Made by a program: the position numbers and the translations under genes. Under the pieces are notes generated by a model that ran no database searches, had not been told where the DNA came from, and saw nothing but the letters and a program-made list of their open reading frames with translations. Positions 38,787-50,600 of a stretch of DNA of 64,000 bases are shown one piece after another. This stretch comes from Octopus sinensis (taxonomy: Eukaryota). The stretch lies in NCBI RefSeq assembly GCF_006345805.1, contig NC_043005.1, forward strand, positions 3,162,001 to 3,226,000, written 5' to 3'. How positions within the stretch are numbered: the first letter of the stretch is position 1; every line of letters starts with the position of its first letter.

Positions 38787-39405
38787 ACCTACACAAGTGT
38801 GCCTCCCCGCCACATTTGTTTTCTCAGAACTTTCAGAAAAAAATCGATATTTTATTAATGAAAGTTTCTATGAATACCCTTCAGATGGTACAGATTCCGT
38901 TTATATCGGAATTTGCTGTGAAAAAGTTTTGTAACGGTCGGAGAGAGAAGTTTTTGATAATTTTTATGAGTCGACTTTGTTTCCTCATAACTTTCTGAAA
39001 AATAGGGATTTTTTAATGAAATTCTCTTCAAATAAATTTCAGGTGGTGTAGATTACGATTATATCGGAATTTAATCTGTAAAGAAAGGAGAAAAGAAAGA
39101 AATTGGTGGACACACACACATACACACTGACACGTATTACTCACAATAGACAACAAAATGAAACTTGAAATTTTGGAAAAAATTGTAAAGTAGCTAAGTT
39201 CGGGTTATACATCTATACAGTATCTATACAGTATATACGTGTGTACACTCACCAAAGTTTTTCACATTAGATTCCGATCTAATCGTAATCTACACCATCT
39301 GCAGGGTATTTGTAGAAGATTTCATTAAAAAACACCCATTTTTCTGAAAGTTATGAGGAAACAAAATCGTAGGGGGGGGGGTAGAGTGGGGCCACGTGTG
39401 TAGGT
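38787..39405. mobile_element. Foldback/MITE with long imperfect TIRs and an extra internal ~100-bp unit
   Basis: Ends ACCTACAC../..GTGTAGGT; unit TTGTTTCCTCATAACTTTC...GATGGTGTAGATTACGAT...TCGGAAT occurs twice forward (~38815, ~38975) and once inverted (~39265-39370). Confidence 0.72.
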
Positions 39406-40377
39406 CTGTTTGTTTTTATCAGCCCCAGCGAGGAGAACAGTTGATCTAAGTTACAGATCTTGAAGGCACTGAATTCGCTAAATCCTCTAATCCAATAAGT
39501 TTCTGGCTTATCTTTTCTGTCTTTTATCCTTCCCTAATCCGTTCACGCTTCTTTTCAACAATCCACCAGATATTTGTTTTGGGGTTCAGATATTTGTTTT
39601 GGGCTTACGCACATTCTTAGGTGTCACCGTTTTCGGACATGAAAGTAAAAGGGTTTAAAGCTAACACAACATGGCCACCACAACGAGTTCTTTACGGATT
39701 TAGAAATTCTTTTCATCCTGTTTCGGTGAAATCGCAAATTTATGTGCAAACTTGACACTCAGCCATGTTGTGATGTCGCTGCTATTTGACCGTAGGTCAT
39801 CCTGTTTATGATCAAAGGCATTCTACCTGTGATCATCCTCTCTCTCTCTCTGTATGTGTGTGTGTGTGTGTGTGTGTGCATAAGATCACGTGGTCTTTGT
39901 CACATGTGTATTAGGAGGCTGGATGTGATTTGTTGGACGTTTGTTTTCGACCCCCTTCTTGTATTTAGTCCTCAATTCTATTATGTTGTATCTCACGCTG
40001 TATGAGATACTGTTTTGACTATTGTTTAAAAGAATACGTCACCTTTCTCTGCCGTTCAGGTTAACTTACTCTGTACATGTATATGTGTGTGTGTATGTGT
40101 GTGTGGAGTGGACAGGCACCGGTCCACTCCACAGACGCTCAGACACACGCACATCGGCAACATTCGTTAATTTCTTGAAAATGGGGTCATAACTCCGAAA
40201 TATTGAATATAAGGTAAGTCTATATTAATTCACATATTTATTTTCTTGTGATTTACCTTGCATTTACTTCGCATTGTTTTCACCTTAGCCACGATCTTTT
40301 ATACAATATATTCTACACAATGCTTCACAGTAATTATTCCATTATATATATTTTCTCTCCCTGTTTCTTTCTGTGTT

Positions 40378-40413
40378 CCTTTCTGTGGAGGAGCGTGGGC
40401 TCGAAACGCTAAC
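40378..40413 (+). ncRNA. Degenerate minimal hammerhead motif (GAGC/GCTC family)
   Basis: CTTT-CTGTGGA-G-GAGC-GTGG-GCTC-GAAAC-GCT; A6 and U16.1 altered. Confidence 0.4.
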
Positions 40414-40512
40414 TACTTTTTCACTTCTCGAGTGTTAAACTAATACATCTGTTTGTTTTCTACACCACCCGTCTTCGTCTTTTGTTTTTTGTGAATTCTC
40501 CCTATATATATA

Positions 40513-40656
40513 TATTGTAATTGATTGATACGGAAGGCAGGGTACTGGGGGGCTTTATTTAGGACAACGATCGTTTCGGTTTACTTCTGCACAACAATCG
40601 TTGTCCTAAATAAAGCTTTCAGTACACTCTGGCTTCCGTATCAGTCATTTAGAATA
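40513..40656 (+). other. Long hairpin (palindromic MITE or pre-miRNA-like)
   Basis: 20-bp perfect core GCTTTATTTAGGACAACGAT (40552-40571 / 40597-40616); arms extend to ~55-60 bp with G-T pairs. Confidence 0.75.
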
Positions 40657-41279
40657 CACTCAACGTGCACTGAGAAATTCCTTACGTACAACCAGCAACG
40701 AAAGTGCACTACTCCGGATGGCGCCTGGTAGCCACAAGCGGTGAACCTGCTCTACAAGCACACTACAAGGGACATTCCCATAACAAGGTTTGGATACTAC
40801 ACCTTAAAGTCTCCTACCTAAACTTTAATTTTAAATACAACTTATATATATATACATAAGGTTCTTAAGAGAGTTCGAGCCGTTTGCTAACAAAGCGGCA
40901 ATACTTTTGTGTTAAGAGAGTTCCCGGTGTTTGTAAATATGTAAATATGGTGTGTTGGTTGAGCTGTCGATGCACACACCTAAGTGTGTGCATCTATTCA
41001 CCTAAACAATCTCAGCTGGGGAATCTTTAAAATGGCTTACAAATCTTCATCGTGTCAATAATAGGTTTAGAGAATTTGAGTCAGTTTTTTTCCTCCTCCT
41101 TCGGAAAACTTTGTATTTATAGGTTTTTGAGTAAATTTGTAGCGAGATAGCCTATGTATGTATGTATGTATGTATGTATGTATGTGCATTAGTTGTAAGC
41201 AGTCCATGTTTACCGCCGAATTAAGGGAAGATCGTACAAATGCACAATAAACCAAAATTTATTTGTAGACCTTAATGTG

Positions 41280-42340
41280 TTGTAACCGCACACAGTTCCT
41301 GAGAGAAGCAAAAGATTTTGCTGCTTTCTGGACGCGAGATGCATTTTCTGTGTGCAAAGTTGCTTTTGAGATAACCATACCACAGAGGTAACCTTTTGAC
41401 TTTCACATATATTTGAGAAGCAGTTGGGGGTTTGCATCGGTGCGAGTTAATGCATTACAACGGTTTTCTTAGCATCAATTGTTTATCGAAAGATGCTACA
41501 AGTAGCGACAAATGCTTTGATCAGGTTTTGTAAATCGATCTCATTGTGAGATATTAAGTCACAATCATCAACATAAAGGAGATTCCATTAAAAAGTGTGC
41601 TCATCTAATTCTTAGGATTAGCTGGAAATCGTTTACATCAGATACAGACGTTTTAGAGACAGGGAAAGAATCGCATCAATTCATACTTTGCTGGTTTCCA
41701 GGCAGCTGAGGTGAACTGACGATTTGATGTAAATGTAGGATGAGCGCATCTCTAGATAGGTTCTGTTTTTTTTTATGGTGAGCTCTCTGCCGGGATGCAA
41801 TAACAGTGGAAACCAAACAAACGGTATAAAGTCTTGTTAAAGACCAATCTTGGAGAGTTGAATATACCATACAAAGATATTGAATCTATTGTTCTTGATA
41901 GAAATACATGGCGTATAAAGACCTGGTCTTGGATAAAACATGTTGCAGAAAAGAAACAAATGAAAGCAAAAAGAAAACAAAATAATGTCTTGCTAGGCAC
42001 GGAAATAGTGTCATCCTTCCGTTCAACGTGAGACAAAATTTGCCTTTCTAAGACTAATTCCACTTTACATCTCAGGATTCATTGTCGTACAGCTGGGCCG
42101 AATGACGAAGTGGTCATTCCAGCAGACGCGGTCATGTACCATATTCATGATAAGACATGTAAGAGCTACACTGGTCTAAAAAGGCATTTAAATAATGGCC
42201 ATAAATCACGCTAAACAAATAACAGTGGACCGCTTGAAGTGAGACATATCTGCGCTATTTGTTATGTAAAATTCAAACAGCTGCCGGGACTCAAAATCTG
42301 TTTCCGTATTCATGCACGAAAAATGCACATCTAACAAGAA
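41280..42340. mobile_element. Degenerate RTE LINE with inverted 5' segment and three C-terminal C2H2-like fingers
   Basis: Minus strand ~41280-41620: LLYVDDCDLISHNEIDLQ; plus strand from ~41625: FYGELSAG...YKVLLKTNL...DRNTWR then three finger-like repeats. Confidence 0.72.
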
Positions 42341-42431
42341 GCGGGCCAGCTTTGAATAGGAGCAGACTCCTTCGATGTTTGCTTGTATGTATGTTTCCTT
42401 CTGCTTTTTAAAAAAAAATTGTTAAAATTTT

Positions 42432-42900
42432 TCCTCTGAAGAAGGAGTTGGTTTCTAACAAAGATACAATGCTCCATCGTTGGCAAATAATAAAAATAAT
42501 GTCAATGTTATAGTTTAAACTTGAGAAAAGTCTTGCATATTTTTACTGTTCCACTTATAGATTGTTTTTTGTAACATGCGAGTCAGTTGATTTCGTTTTA
42601 TGGAAACCCTAACTTATCCAGATTGCCACTGAGGCAATTACTCACAAAACCGAGTGCACCAATTATTATTGTGTAAATGTAAGTTTATAATCTGGATATA
42701 GAAGCTGGAGGTTTCGAAGCAGCTGTTCATAGTTACATTTTTTCTCTTTGATTGTCAAGGAGACATTCACCTTTATGATGGCACTCACGTGTTCTTGTCT
42801 GTCCCAAACAACAATATCTCACCTGTTATGTTTACACGTGGCAGATGTTTTCATGCGAATCTTCCACTAGAATTCCTGGTGCTGATCTTTGAGTAGATAT
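42432..42900 (-). pseudogene. RLE-LINE 3' end, same lineage as 17095-17625
   Basis: Shared RLE coding sequence and 3' UTR GATGGAGC.TTGTATCTTTGT..GAAACC. Confidence 0.8.
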
Positions 42901-43449
42901 TAATTGGTTTTCACTATGCTTAAGCAATTCGTTCAACTAAAAATTCTTCAAGGCAGTGCACCAGCTTGGGCGCAGCCAAATGGCTTAAACAAGAAAAAAA
43001 TATGAAAGGTAAAATATAACATGTACTGTTCTATTTCAGCTTTTATTATTAACTAATAAACTAATCAATCGCTTGAGTGATCGTTCGATTTCCCAGCTGT
43101 TCAATTAATTTGTCATTATTCTTTTGTCATCATTCATGGCCTCAATATTAACGTGCTTCAAATCTGTCACAATGGACCCAAGCTTGTTTTACTGTTTTTT
43201 TTTGTTTTGTACGCATGTAGTTTTTGGGTCGTGTGTAAAATTGTGGGTGCCGCGTGTGTGTTTCGTTTCGTTTCGTTTCAGATATCTTTGTGTTTGTATG
43301 CGTGTATTGTTTGTGCTTAGATTATATAAACATTCACTGATATCGCGAAAAGCCAACCGCAATAGAAGCAGTGTTACATTAAAACAACCTATCGTTGCAG
43401 CCTTTCAATGATATATATATATATATATTATATGGCATGTAAGATTAAC

Positions 43450-43790
43450 CCTGGCATTAACTGTAGAACTAGATATGTGATCTACAGCATTACAGCATAA
43501 CGTGCATAGGTGCTTGTAAAGACAAAATCACGGTATACAATGAAGAGACATCTAGAAGTATAGCGGAAAGAATAAACGTACATTTGAGGCAATATGATGA
43601 CAAGAAACAGTCCTCCATACTCTGTCAACATGCCAAAGACCAACATAGATGCACACTGGGCCGACTTGACATCCATATTTTATCGAAGCACCCGAAGGAC
43701 CCATCAGTCAGACAAATACGGAAGTACGTCCTCATAAATGAAACGTTCACCGTACTAAATAGGAAATAGACGTAGAAGGTAGAGATAACC
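43450..43790 (+). pseudogene. Penelope-like GIY-YIG endonuclease relic
   Basis: INCRTRYVIYSIT...VYNEETSRSIAERINVHLRQY...SILCQHAKDQH. Confidence 0.65.
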
Positions 43791-43810
43791 CAAAACTTAC
43801 AGAATATACG

Positions 43811-44667
43811 TATGAGGTCTGATCAATAAGTATCCGGACTGTTGCCATAGTAACGAAGCTAAAATACGCAGAGTGAAGTCGCCCGGTAAAATTGACCTTG
43901 AACTCTGTTGTGCATGCGCACTAAGTTTTAACGTTCTCGCTCACTTCCACTGTTTACAGCAGTGATTGGAAGGAAGGTGTGTAGTGTGTGATCGTCGCTG
44001 TTAATGTGACAGAAAAAGTGGCCATGTCGATACCTACATAGAGGCCTACGCAAGGTTGAAGAAAGTGTATGGAGAGGAGTGTATGAGTTGCACACAAGTG
44101 TACGGGTGGTTCAGACGTTTCCAAGATGTCTGAAAAATGTCGATAGTGACGAACGTTCCGGGAGACTCTCAACCAGCAGAGCTGAGAAAAACATCGCAGA
44201 TGTGCATGTAACTGTGAGGGTAAATCGTCGAATCATCATCCGTGAGTTATCAGAGGATGTGCAGATTAGTTACGGTTCCGTTCAGTCCATTATCACTGAA
44301 GATTTGGGTATGAGACACGTGTCTGCCAGTTTCCGCTGACCAAAAAGGCACTTGGGTTTCAGTTGCAAAAGGTCACCTTGATTATGTTGAGAACGATGAA
44401 AACTTTGCGTAGGTCTCTGAGGAAGAATCGCCAAGCTTTTGGCAAAATCCATTACCAATTCTCTGCTCAACTTTCTCTGTCATGGTCAATGCGGCGATCA
44501 CCTTCCTTCCAAACACTGCTGTAAACGGACGAAGTGAGCTTGAACGTTTAAACTTAGTGCGCATGCACAGCAGAGTACAAGGCCAGTCTGTGCCAAGTGG
44601 ATTTACTCTGCGCGCTTTAGCTTCGTTACTATGGCAACAGTCCGATACTTATTGATCAGAGCACGTA
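43811..44667. mobile_element. Mariner derivative made of two inverted left ends
   Basis: TA-flanked TIRs (TGAGGTCTGATCAATAAGTATCCGGACTGTTGCC / inverse); both arms continue into the 5' UTR and transposase N-terminus. Confidence 0.88.
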
Positions 44668-45071
44668 CATAGGTACATTTGCTAATCGGCAGGTAGGTAG
44701 GTGGCATGTGCTCTTGATCTTTCATAAGAATATCCAAATATGTTATTTGCTACTTCCTCCATCAAGTCGTCTGTAACAATGATAATAACTTTTTGATGTA
44801 TTCTATTTTGCACTGAACAGTAATATGTAATTAATTTAATTTAATTAATTTCTAATTATTCTACCGTTATTTACATGTTAATATTGCTGTACGAAACGAT
44901 CGCATGCATGTATTAAAATTCTTTTAAAAATTTTAATATCTTCTCTTTCCCATCTTTAAGAATTTGGGGAGTGTCTATGGGATACCTTTCCATAAATTCT
45001 CAACACATACCATATACGTGTGTGTATATATAGGATGACACGCAAATTCATGAAGCGTTCCATATTTTTTA

Positions 45072-45477
45072 TAGGCGCAGGAGTGGCTGTGTGGTAGGTA
45101 GCTTGCCTACCAACAACATGGCTCCGGGTTCAGTCCCACTGCGTGGCACCTTGGGCAAGTGTCTTCTACTATAGTCTCAGGCCGACCAAAGCCTTGTCAG
45201 TGGATTTGGTAGACGGAAACTGAAAGAAGCCCATCATATATATGTATATGTATATATATATGTGTGTGTGTGTGTTTGTGTGTCTGTGTTTGTCCCCCAC
45301 CCAACATCGCTTGACAACCGATGCTGGTGTATTTACATCCCCGTAACTTAGCGGTTCGGCAAAAGAGACCGATAGAAGAAGTACTAGGCTTACAACGAAT
45401 AAGTCCTGGGGTCGAATTGTTCGACTAAAGGCAGTGCTCCAGCATAGCCTCAGTCAAATGACTGAAACAAGTAAAAG
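45072..45477 (+). mobile_element. SINE family B full copy (tRNA-like head, CORE-like segment)
   Basis: TGGCTGTGTGG A-box-like, GGTTCAGTCCC B-box, CCTTGGGCAAGTGTCTT CORE-like motif, internal microsatellite. Confidence 0.85.
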
Positions 45478-45496
45478 GGTAAAGAGAGAAAAGATA

Positions 45497-45539
<43 letters not shown>

Positions 45540-45544
<5 letters not shown>

Positions 45545-46178
45545 GCGTTGGTATCAAAAGTTCCAGGAGTAGTTATGTCTAATAAGGAATATCTTGGTGA
45601 GAAACTAACGAGCGAGGAGACCTCGGTGACAGGGGGCATCGTCGTCGTGAAGAATCCAATTTTTGCGCTCCACAGACCCGTCACTTTCACCGAATTTCTT
45701 CCTTCAACTGCTTCAAAACGTTGCAGTAGAGCTCACGATTGGTGGTCTGGCCCTGGGGAACGAATTCTCAATACACAATACCACATTTCTAAGAGTGGCA
45801 CTTGTGGTAGGTCTTCCAGATCGCTCATCGTCTTTCGGGGACGTTCTTCAGCTTTCGAAGCGCCCTTGCCACTCGAAGTAGTGTATGACTCATTAAACTT
45901 GCCAAAGCATGCTCAATGTCTCTGTAGCAGACCACCCAAGTTTAACGCAAAATTTCATGTTGGCTCTTTGTTCCAACTTCCTCTCCGTGACAAAAATGGC
46001 AGACTACAGTTTACACGTGATCGCAAAAACCACAAATTTCACAACTTGCGAAGTAAAACACAGCTTGGCCCAATGTCTCATGAAGGTCACTGCTAGTCCT
46101 CACTGCGCTCTCAACCGTGTACTGCCATCTGTTGGCGTGCTACAGAACTAGTCGGGAACTTTTTGACACCACCTCGTA
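45540..46178 (-). mobile_element. Internally deleted mariner (MITE-like), copy 1
   Basis: ~30-bp imperfect TIRs; LEQRANMKFCVKLG, DDERSGRP, WILHDDDAPCH relics. Confidence 0.85.
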
Positions 46179-46448
46179 TGTATGTATGTATGTATGTATG
46201 TATGTATGTATGTATGTATGTATGTATGTATGTATGTATACATGTATGTATGAGGTCAGGTCGTTTACTCGACTGGTACCATGTAACTCAGTACTACTTG
46301 TCGCGTGGTCGGGTCGTCGGCGACTACACCGCCCCCCACCAATTCCACTTGATGAGGATGGGGTGGATTGGACACCCTGCAGGCTTAAAACAAGACCTGT
46401 AAAAGGGCGGAAGAACTGTTAAGAGTCAACGACCATCCAATTATTATA

Positions 46449-46490
<42 letters not shown>

Positions 46491-46495
<5 letters not shown>

Positions 46496-47130
46496 GCGTT
46501 GGTATCAAAAGTTCCAGGAGTAGTTATGTCTAATAAGGAATATCTTGGTGAGAAACTAACGAGCGAGGAGACCTCGGTGACAGGGGGCATCGTCGTCGTG
46601 AAGAATCCAATTTTTGCGCTCCACAGACCCGTCACTTTCACCGAATTTCTTCCTTCAACTGCTTCAAAACGTTGCAGTAGAGCTCACGATTGGTGGTCTG
46701 GCCCTGGGGAACGAATTCTCAATACACAATACCACATTTCTAAGAGTGGCACTTGTGGTAGGTCTTCCAGATCGCTCATCGTCTTTCGGGGACGTTCTTC
46801 AGCTTTCGAAGCGCCCTTGCCACTCGAAGTAGTGTATGACTCATTAAACTTGCCAAAGCATGCTCAATGTCTCTGTAGCAGACCACCCAAGTTTAACGCA
46901 AAATTTCATGTTGGCTCTTTGTTCCAACTTCCTCTCCGTGACAAAAATGGCAGACTACAGTTTACACGTGATCGCAAAAACCACAAATTTCACAACTTGC
47001 GAAGTAAAACACAGCTTGGCCCAATGTCTCATGAAGGTCACTGCTAGTCCTCACTGCGCTCTCAACCGTGTACTGCCATCTGTTGGCGTGCTACAGAACT
47101 AGTCCGGGAACTTTTTGACACCACCTCGTA
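46491..47130 (-). mobile_element. Internally deleted mariner, copy 2
   Basis: Identical to copy 1 apart from one extra C. Confidence 0.85.
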
Positions 47131-47659
47131 TGTATGTATGTATGTATGTATGTATGTATGTATGTATGTATGTATGTATGTATGTATGTATGTATACATG
47201 TATGTATGAGGTCAGGTCGTTTACTCGACTGGTACCATGTAACTCAGTACTACTTGTCGCGTGGTCGGGTCGTCGGCGACTACACCGCCCCCCACCAATT
47301 CCACTTGATGAGGATGGGGTGGATTGGACACCCTGCAGGCTTAAAACAAGACCTGTAAAAGGGCGGAAGAACTGTTAAGAGTCAACGACCATCCAATTAT
47401 TATATGTACATATATATATATATATAGTTGGATGAATTGTGGATGTGTGTGCTAGGTGTGTGTTTGGTGTGGCGATCTGTGTGTGTGTGTATATTTATGT
47501 ATATTTATTTACATTTTTAATTCTTGAATATCTTACGTGTATACTGCGTGTACGTGTTTTTTTTCTTTCATCTTTGAGGCTACGGATATTTTATATATAA
47601 TATATTTGTATTTTTACTTTTCTTTTATTTGATTTGTGTGTATTTGTGGATATAGTTAA

Positions 47660-50600
47660 AGGGGTAGATGGAGCTCCTAGGTTTAATAAAACCGTGGGAA
47701 AAGCAATCCGTCTAGGGGAGGGTAACTCCGAATTCAAATCCTTCACTGCTGTCTTGCAGTTAGCCTTTGGTTGCGCAAAAACTCGGAGAAGGACACTCTG
47801 ATATAAAACTACTGGAGAGGTTAAACTCCAGGATAATAAGACATGCGACCTCTCTAATCACCCAATCATCTTACCTCGATTTGTCACTGGATATCAGATT
47901 TGCGGAGAGGAGTGAGTGCTGTACGCTTCGTACAAGCGTGTGGCATTGATATTTAAATGTACAGATATCTCTTCAAGTCCCACGGCGATGGAATAATGGC
48001 AACATGTACAGGCTTCACGGGCTCGGAGCACATAGTCCTGAACCTGCATGTGGGCGGCTCAGGGCCCATCTAACGTCACTGCATTTTTGAAAGAACAGCA
48101 GCATGCTTCGGTCAGGTAGAGAGCGTCTGAGCAAACCCTCTCTAGGGTAGCACTGCTCACCCAGAAATCTAGGAAAGGGCCAGAAAAGGTGACCGAAAAC
48201 AAATGCCTGTTCTACCATCAAGCTAGTCAGCAACCTGCAGCTGATGGCTGTTCACGACAGCAGGAGGAATACAATGAGAAAACATGCAAGCAAGAAATAT
48301 AGATTGTAGATATGTGTATGAAATGTCAGGACACTTCTTGATCATGAAGGGTCAAGTAACCCTGAACGGCGAACTGGCATAATAGCCAAGGAGTTGGCTC
48401 GGTATAACATTGACATTGCTGCTTTCTCTGGAACTCGGTTGAGGGATGGAGATCAATTGACAGAAACAGGTGCTGGCTACACTTTCTTTTGGAAGGATAA
48501 ACCAAAGGGCGATAAACGAGTAGAGGGTGTTGGCTTTGCCATTCGTACCAAGTTAACCCACAAAATAGAAAGACCTAATGGTTTCAGTGGTAGGATTATG
48601 TATCTTCAAGCTCCTCTATCATCCAATCGTTTTATAACTGCTATTTCTGTTTCTGCTCCTACTCTTGGTAGCAGCAGTGAATCTGTCATGGCTTTCTATG
48701 AAGATCTCAGATCTTCATATTATTTCGATTCCAAAATGCAGATAAGATCCTCCTTGTTGGGGATTTCAGTGCCTGTGTTGGATGCAATTATGAGACCTGG
48801 GATGCAATTATGAGACCTGGGATGCACTGGGGAGACATGGTTTGGGCAAAATGAACGCTAATATTATCCATCTTCTTCAGCTCTGCATTGAACTTGAACT
48901 CATCATCTTCAACACTGTTTTTCATCAGAAGGATATCCGCAAAGCCACCTGGACGCAACCAAGATTCAAACATGAGTATATTCTTGATTACCTTATCACC
49001 AGGAAACGAGACCTTCCTGATGCTTGCACTGTCCAAGTCATGCGAGGTGCAGAATGTAGGACTGACCATAAGCTGATACGCGGTAAATGGAAACTCCGCG
49101 TCGTGCGTAGAATAAGATCTGGAAGAATAAAAATCTTTAAACGTTATTGATGTGTTGAAATTAAGAGACACTAAAGTGCAGGCGAATCTTGGAGATGCTA
49201 CTGGAGAAGCGGAATGTGATGGAACTTGGGATCAGTTTAAGACTACTGTTAACAATGTTGGAGTTGAGGTTCTTGGTCTCAGAAACAGAAACACCGGGCC
49301 TGGTTTGATGAAAACGATCTACAGATCGATAAACTTCTTGAAGATAAAAATTAGCTGCACCAGAATTACTTCGGTGCCCCAGATGAGGATAAAAAGCCCT
49401 TACTGCAGTCTCTCAAAAGGATAAAATCATCACTCCAAAGAAAGATACGACCAATGAAAAACAAATGGTCGTCGGATATTTCTGAAAAAGTCCAGTAAGC
49501 GTATGATAGAAAAGATCTGAAACTATATCACTTGATCGGACAAGTGTTTGGTCCTCGGTCTTCATTTGTGGTACCACTCAAGTCTAAAGACAGTTGCTTT
49601 CTCTTCAAGGATCATGAGGGTTTCATGAAACGTTGGACTGAGCCCTTCACCGATCTCTTTATAATCCTTCAGTTATTGATGAAAATGTCATCAGTAATCT
49701 GCCCCCAAAGAATATCATTCATGAGGTGATGGAACATCGAACTATAGATGAGATAAAGAAAAGACAATCAAAGAATTCAATACTGGGAAGGCACCAGGTC
49801 TTGACGGTATTCCTGTTGAAATAGTTCTCTACGAGGGTAATAGGCTTGCTGTAGAGATCCACCATTTAATATCAGACATTTGGTTGGGTGCTTTTGTTCC
49901 CCAGGACGGGGTTGATGCCATTTTAATTTCATTGTTCAAAGGAAAAGGATCCAAATCTGTGTGTGGCAATTACAGAGGTATAAGCCTGCTTGAAATTGTC
50001 GGTAAGGTTTTTGCAAAACTTTTACTTAATCAGCTAACAATATGGATATGCACCTCTGTCATCCCGGAGACTCAGTGTGGTTCTAGATCCAATCGTGGCT
50101 CAACGGACATGATTTTTTTCTGCTCGTCAACTCCAGGAGAAATGCATCGAACATCGCATGGCTCTTTACCAAGTATCTGTCGATTTAACAAAAGCCTTCG
50201 ACATTGTTATTTAGGACCGTTCTCTGGACCATTCTTGGTAAACTTGGATGTCCACCTCAATTTGTCCAACTTATTTAAGCAACTTCATAGTGATATGAAA
50301 TCCCGTCTTAACTTCAATGGATCACTGTCGGATCCAATTTCCATCGATGACGGAGTTAAACAAGGTGACATTGCTGCTCCAGCACTTTTTCCCGTATGTT
50401 TTGCTGTAACTATCTTGCACGCTTTCCAAGACTGTGATATCGGAGTCTATATTTGCTTCAGAACCACAGGTAAGGTCTTTGATGTTAAACGCTTTAATGC
50501 AATGTCGAAGACATTCCAGGCCCTTGTTTGAGAGCTCCTGTATGCTGATGATGTAGATCTCGTTGCTCACACCGAGGGGGGCATGCAGGCTATATTGGAT

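Larger units (their letters stand above)
45540..47410. repeat. Tandem duplication, 951-bp period
   Basis: 45540-46454 versus 46491-47410; only differences seen are +1 C and +1 TATG unit. Confidence 0.95.

Noticed and set aside
42432-42480. CTGAAGAAGGAG...CTCC motif
   Set aside because: No GAAA follows the stem; it is the antisense of an RLE-LINE 3' UTR hairpin.
45434-47047. 220-aa and 199-aa plus-strand ORFs
   Set aside because: They are antisense to a deleted mariner and begin in SINE or TA sequence; no protein family is recognisable.
48778-48822. 21-bp tandem duplication inside the RTE
   Set aside because: Ordinary slippage in a dead element.
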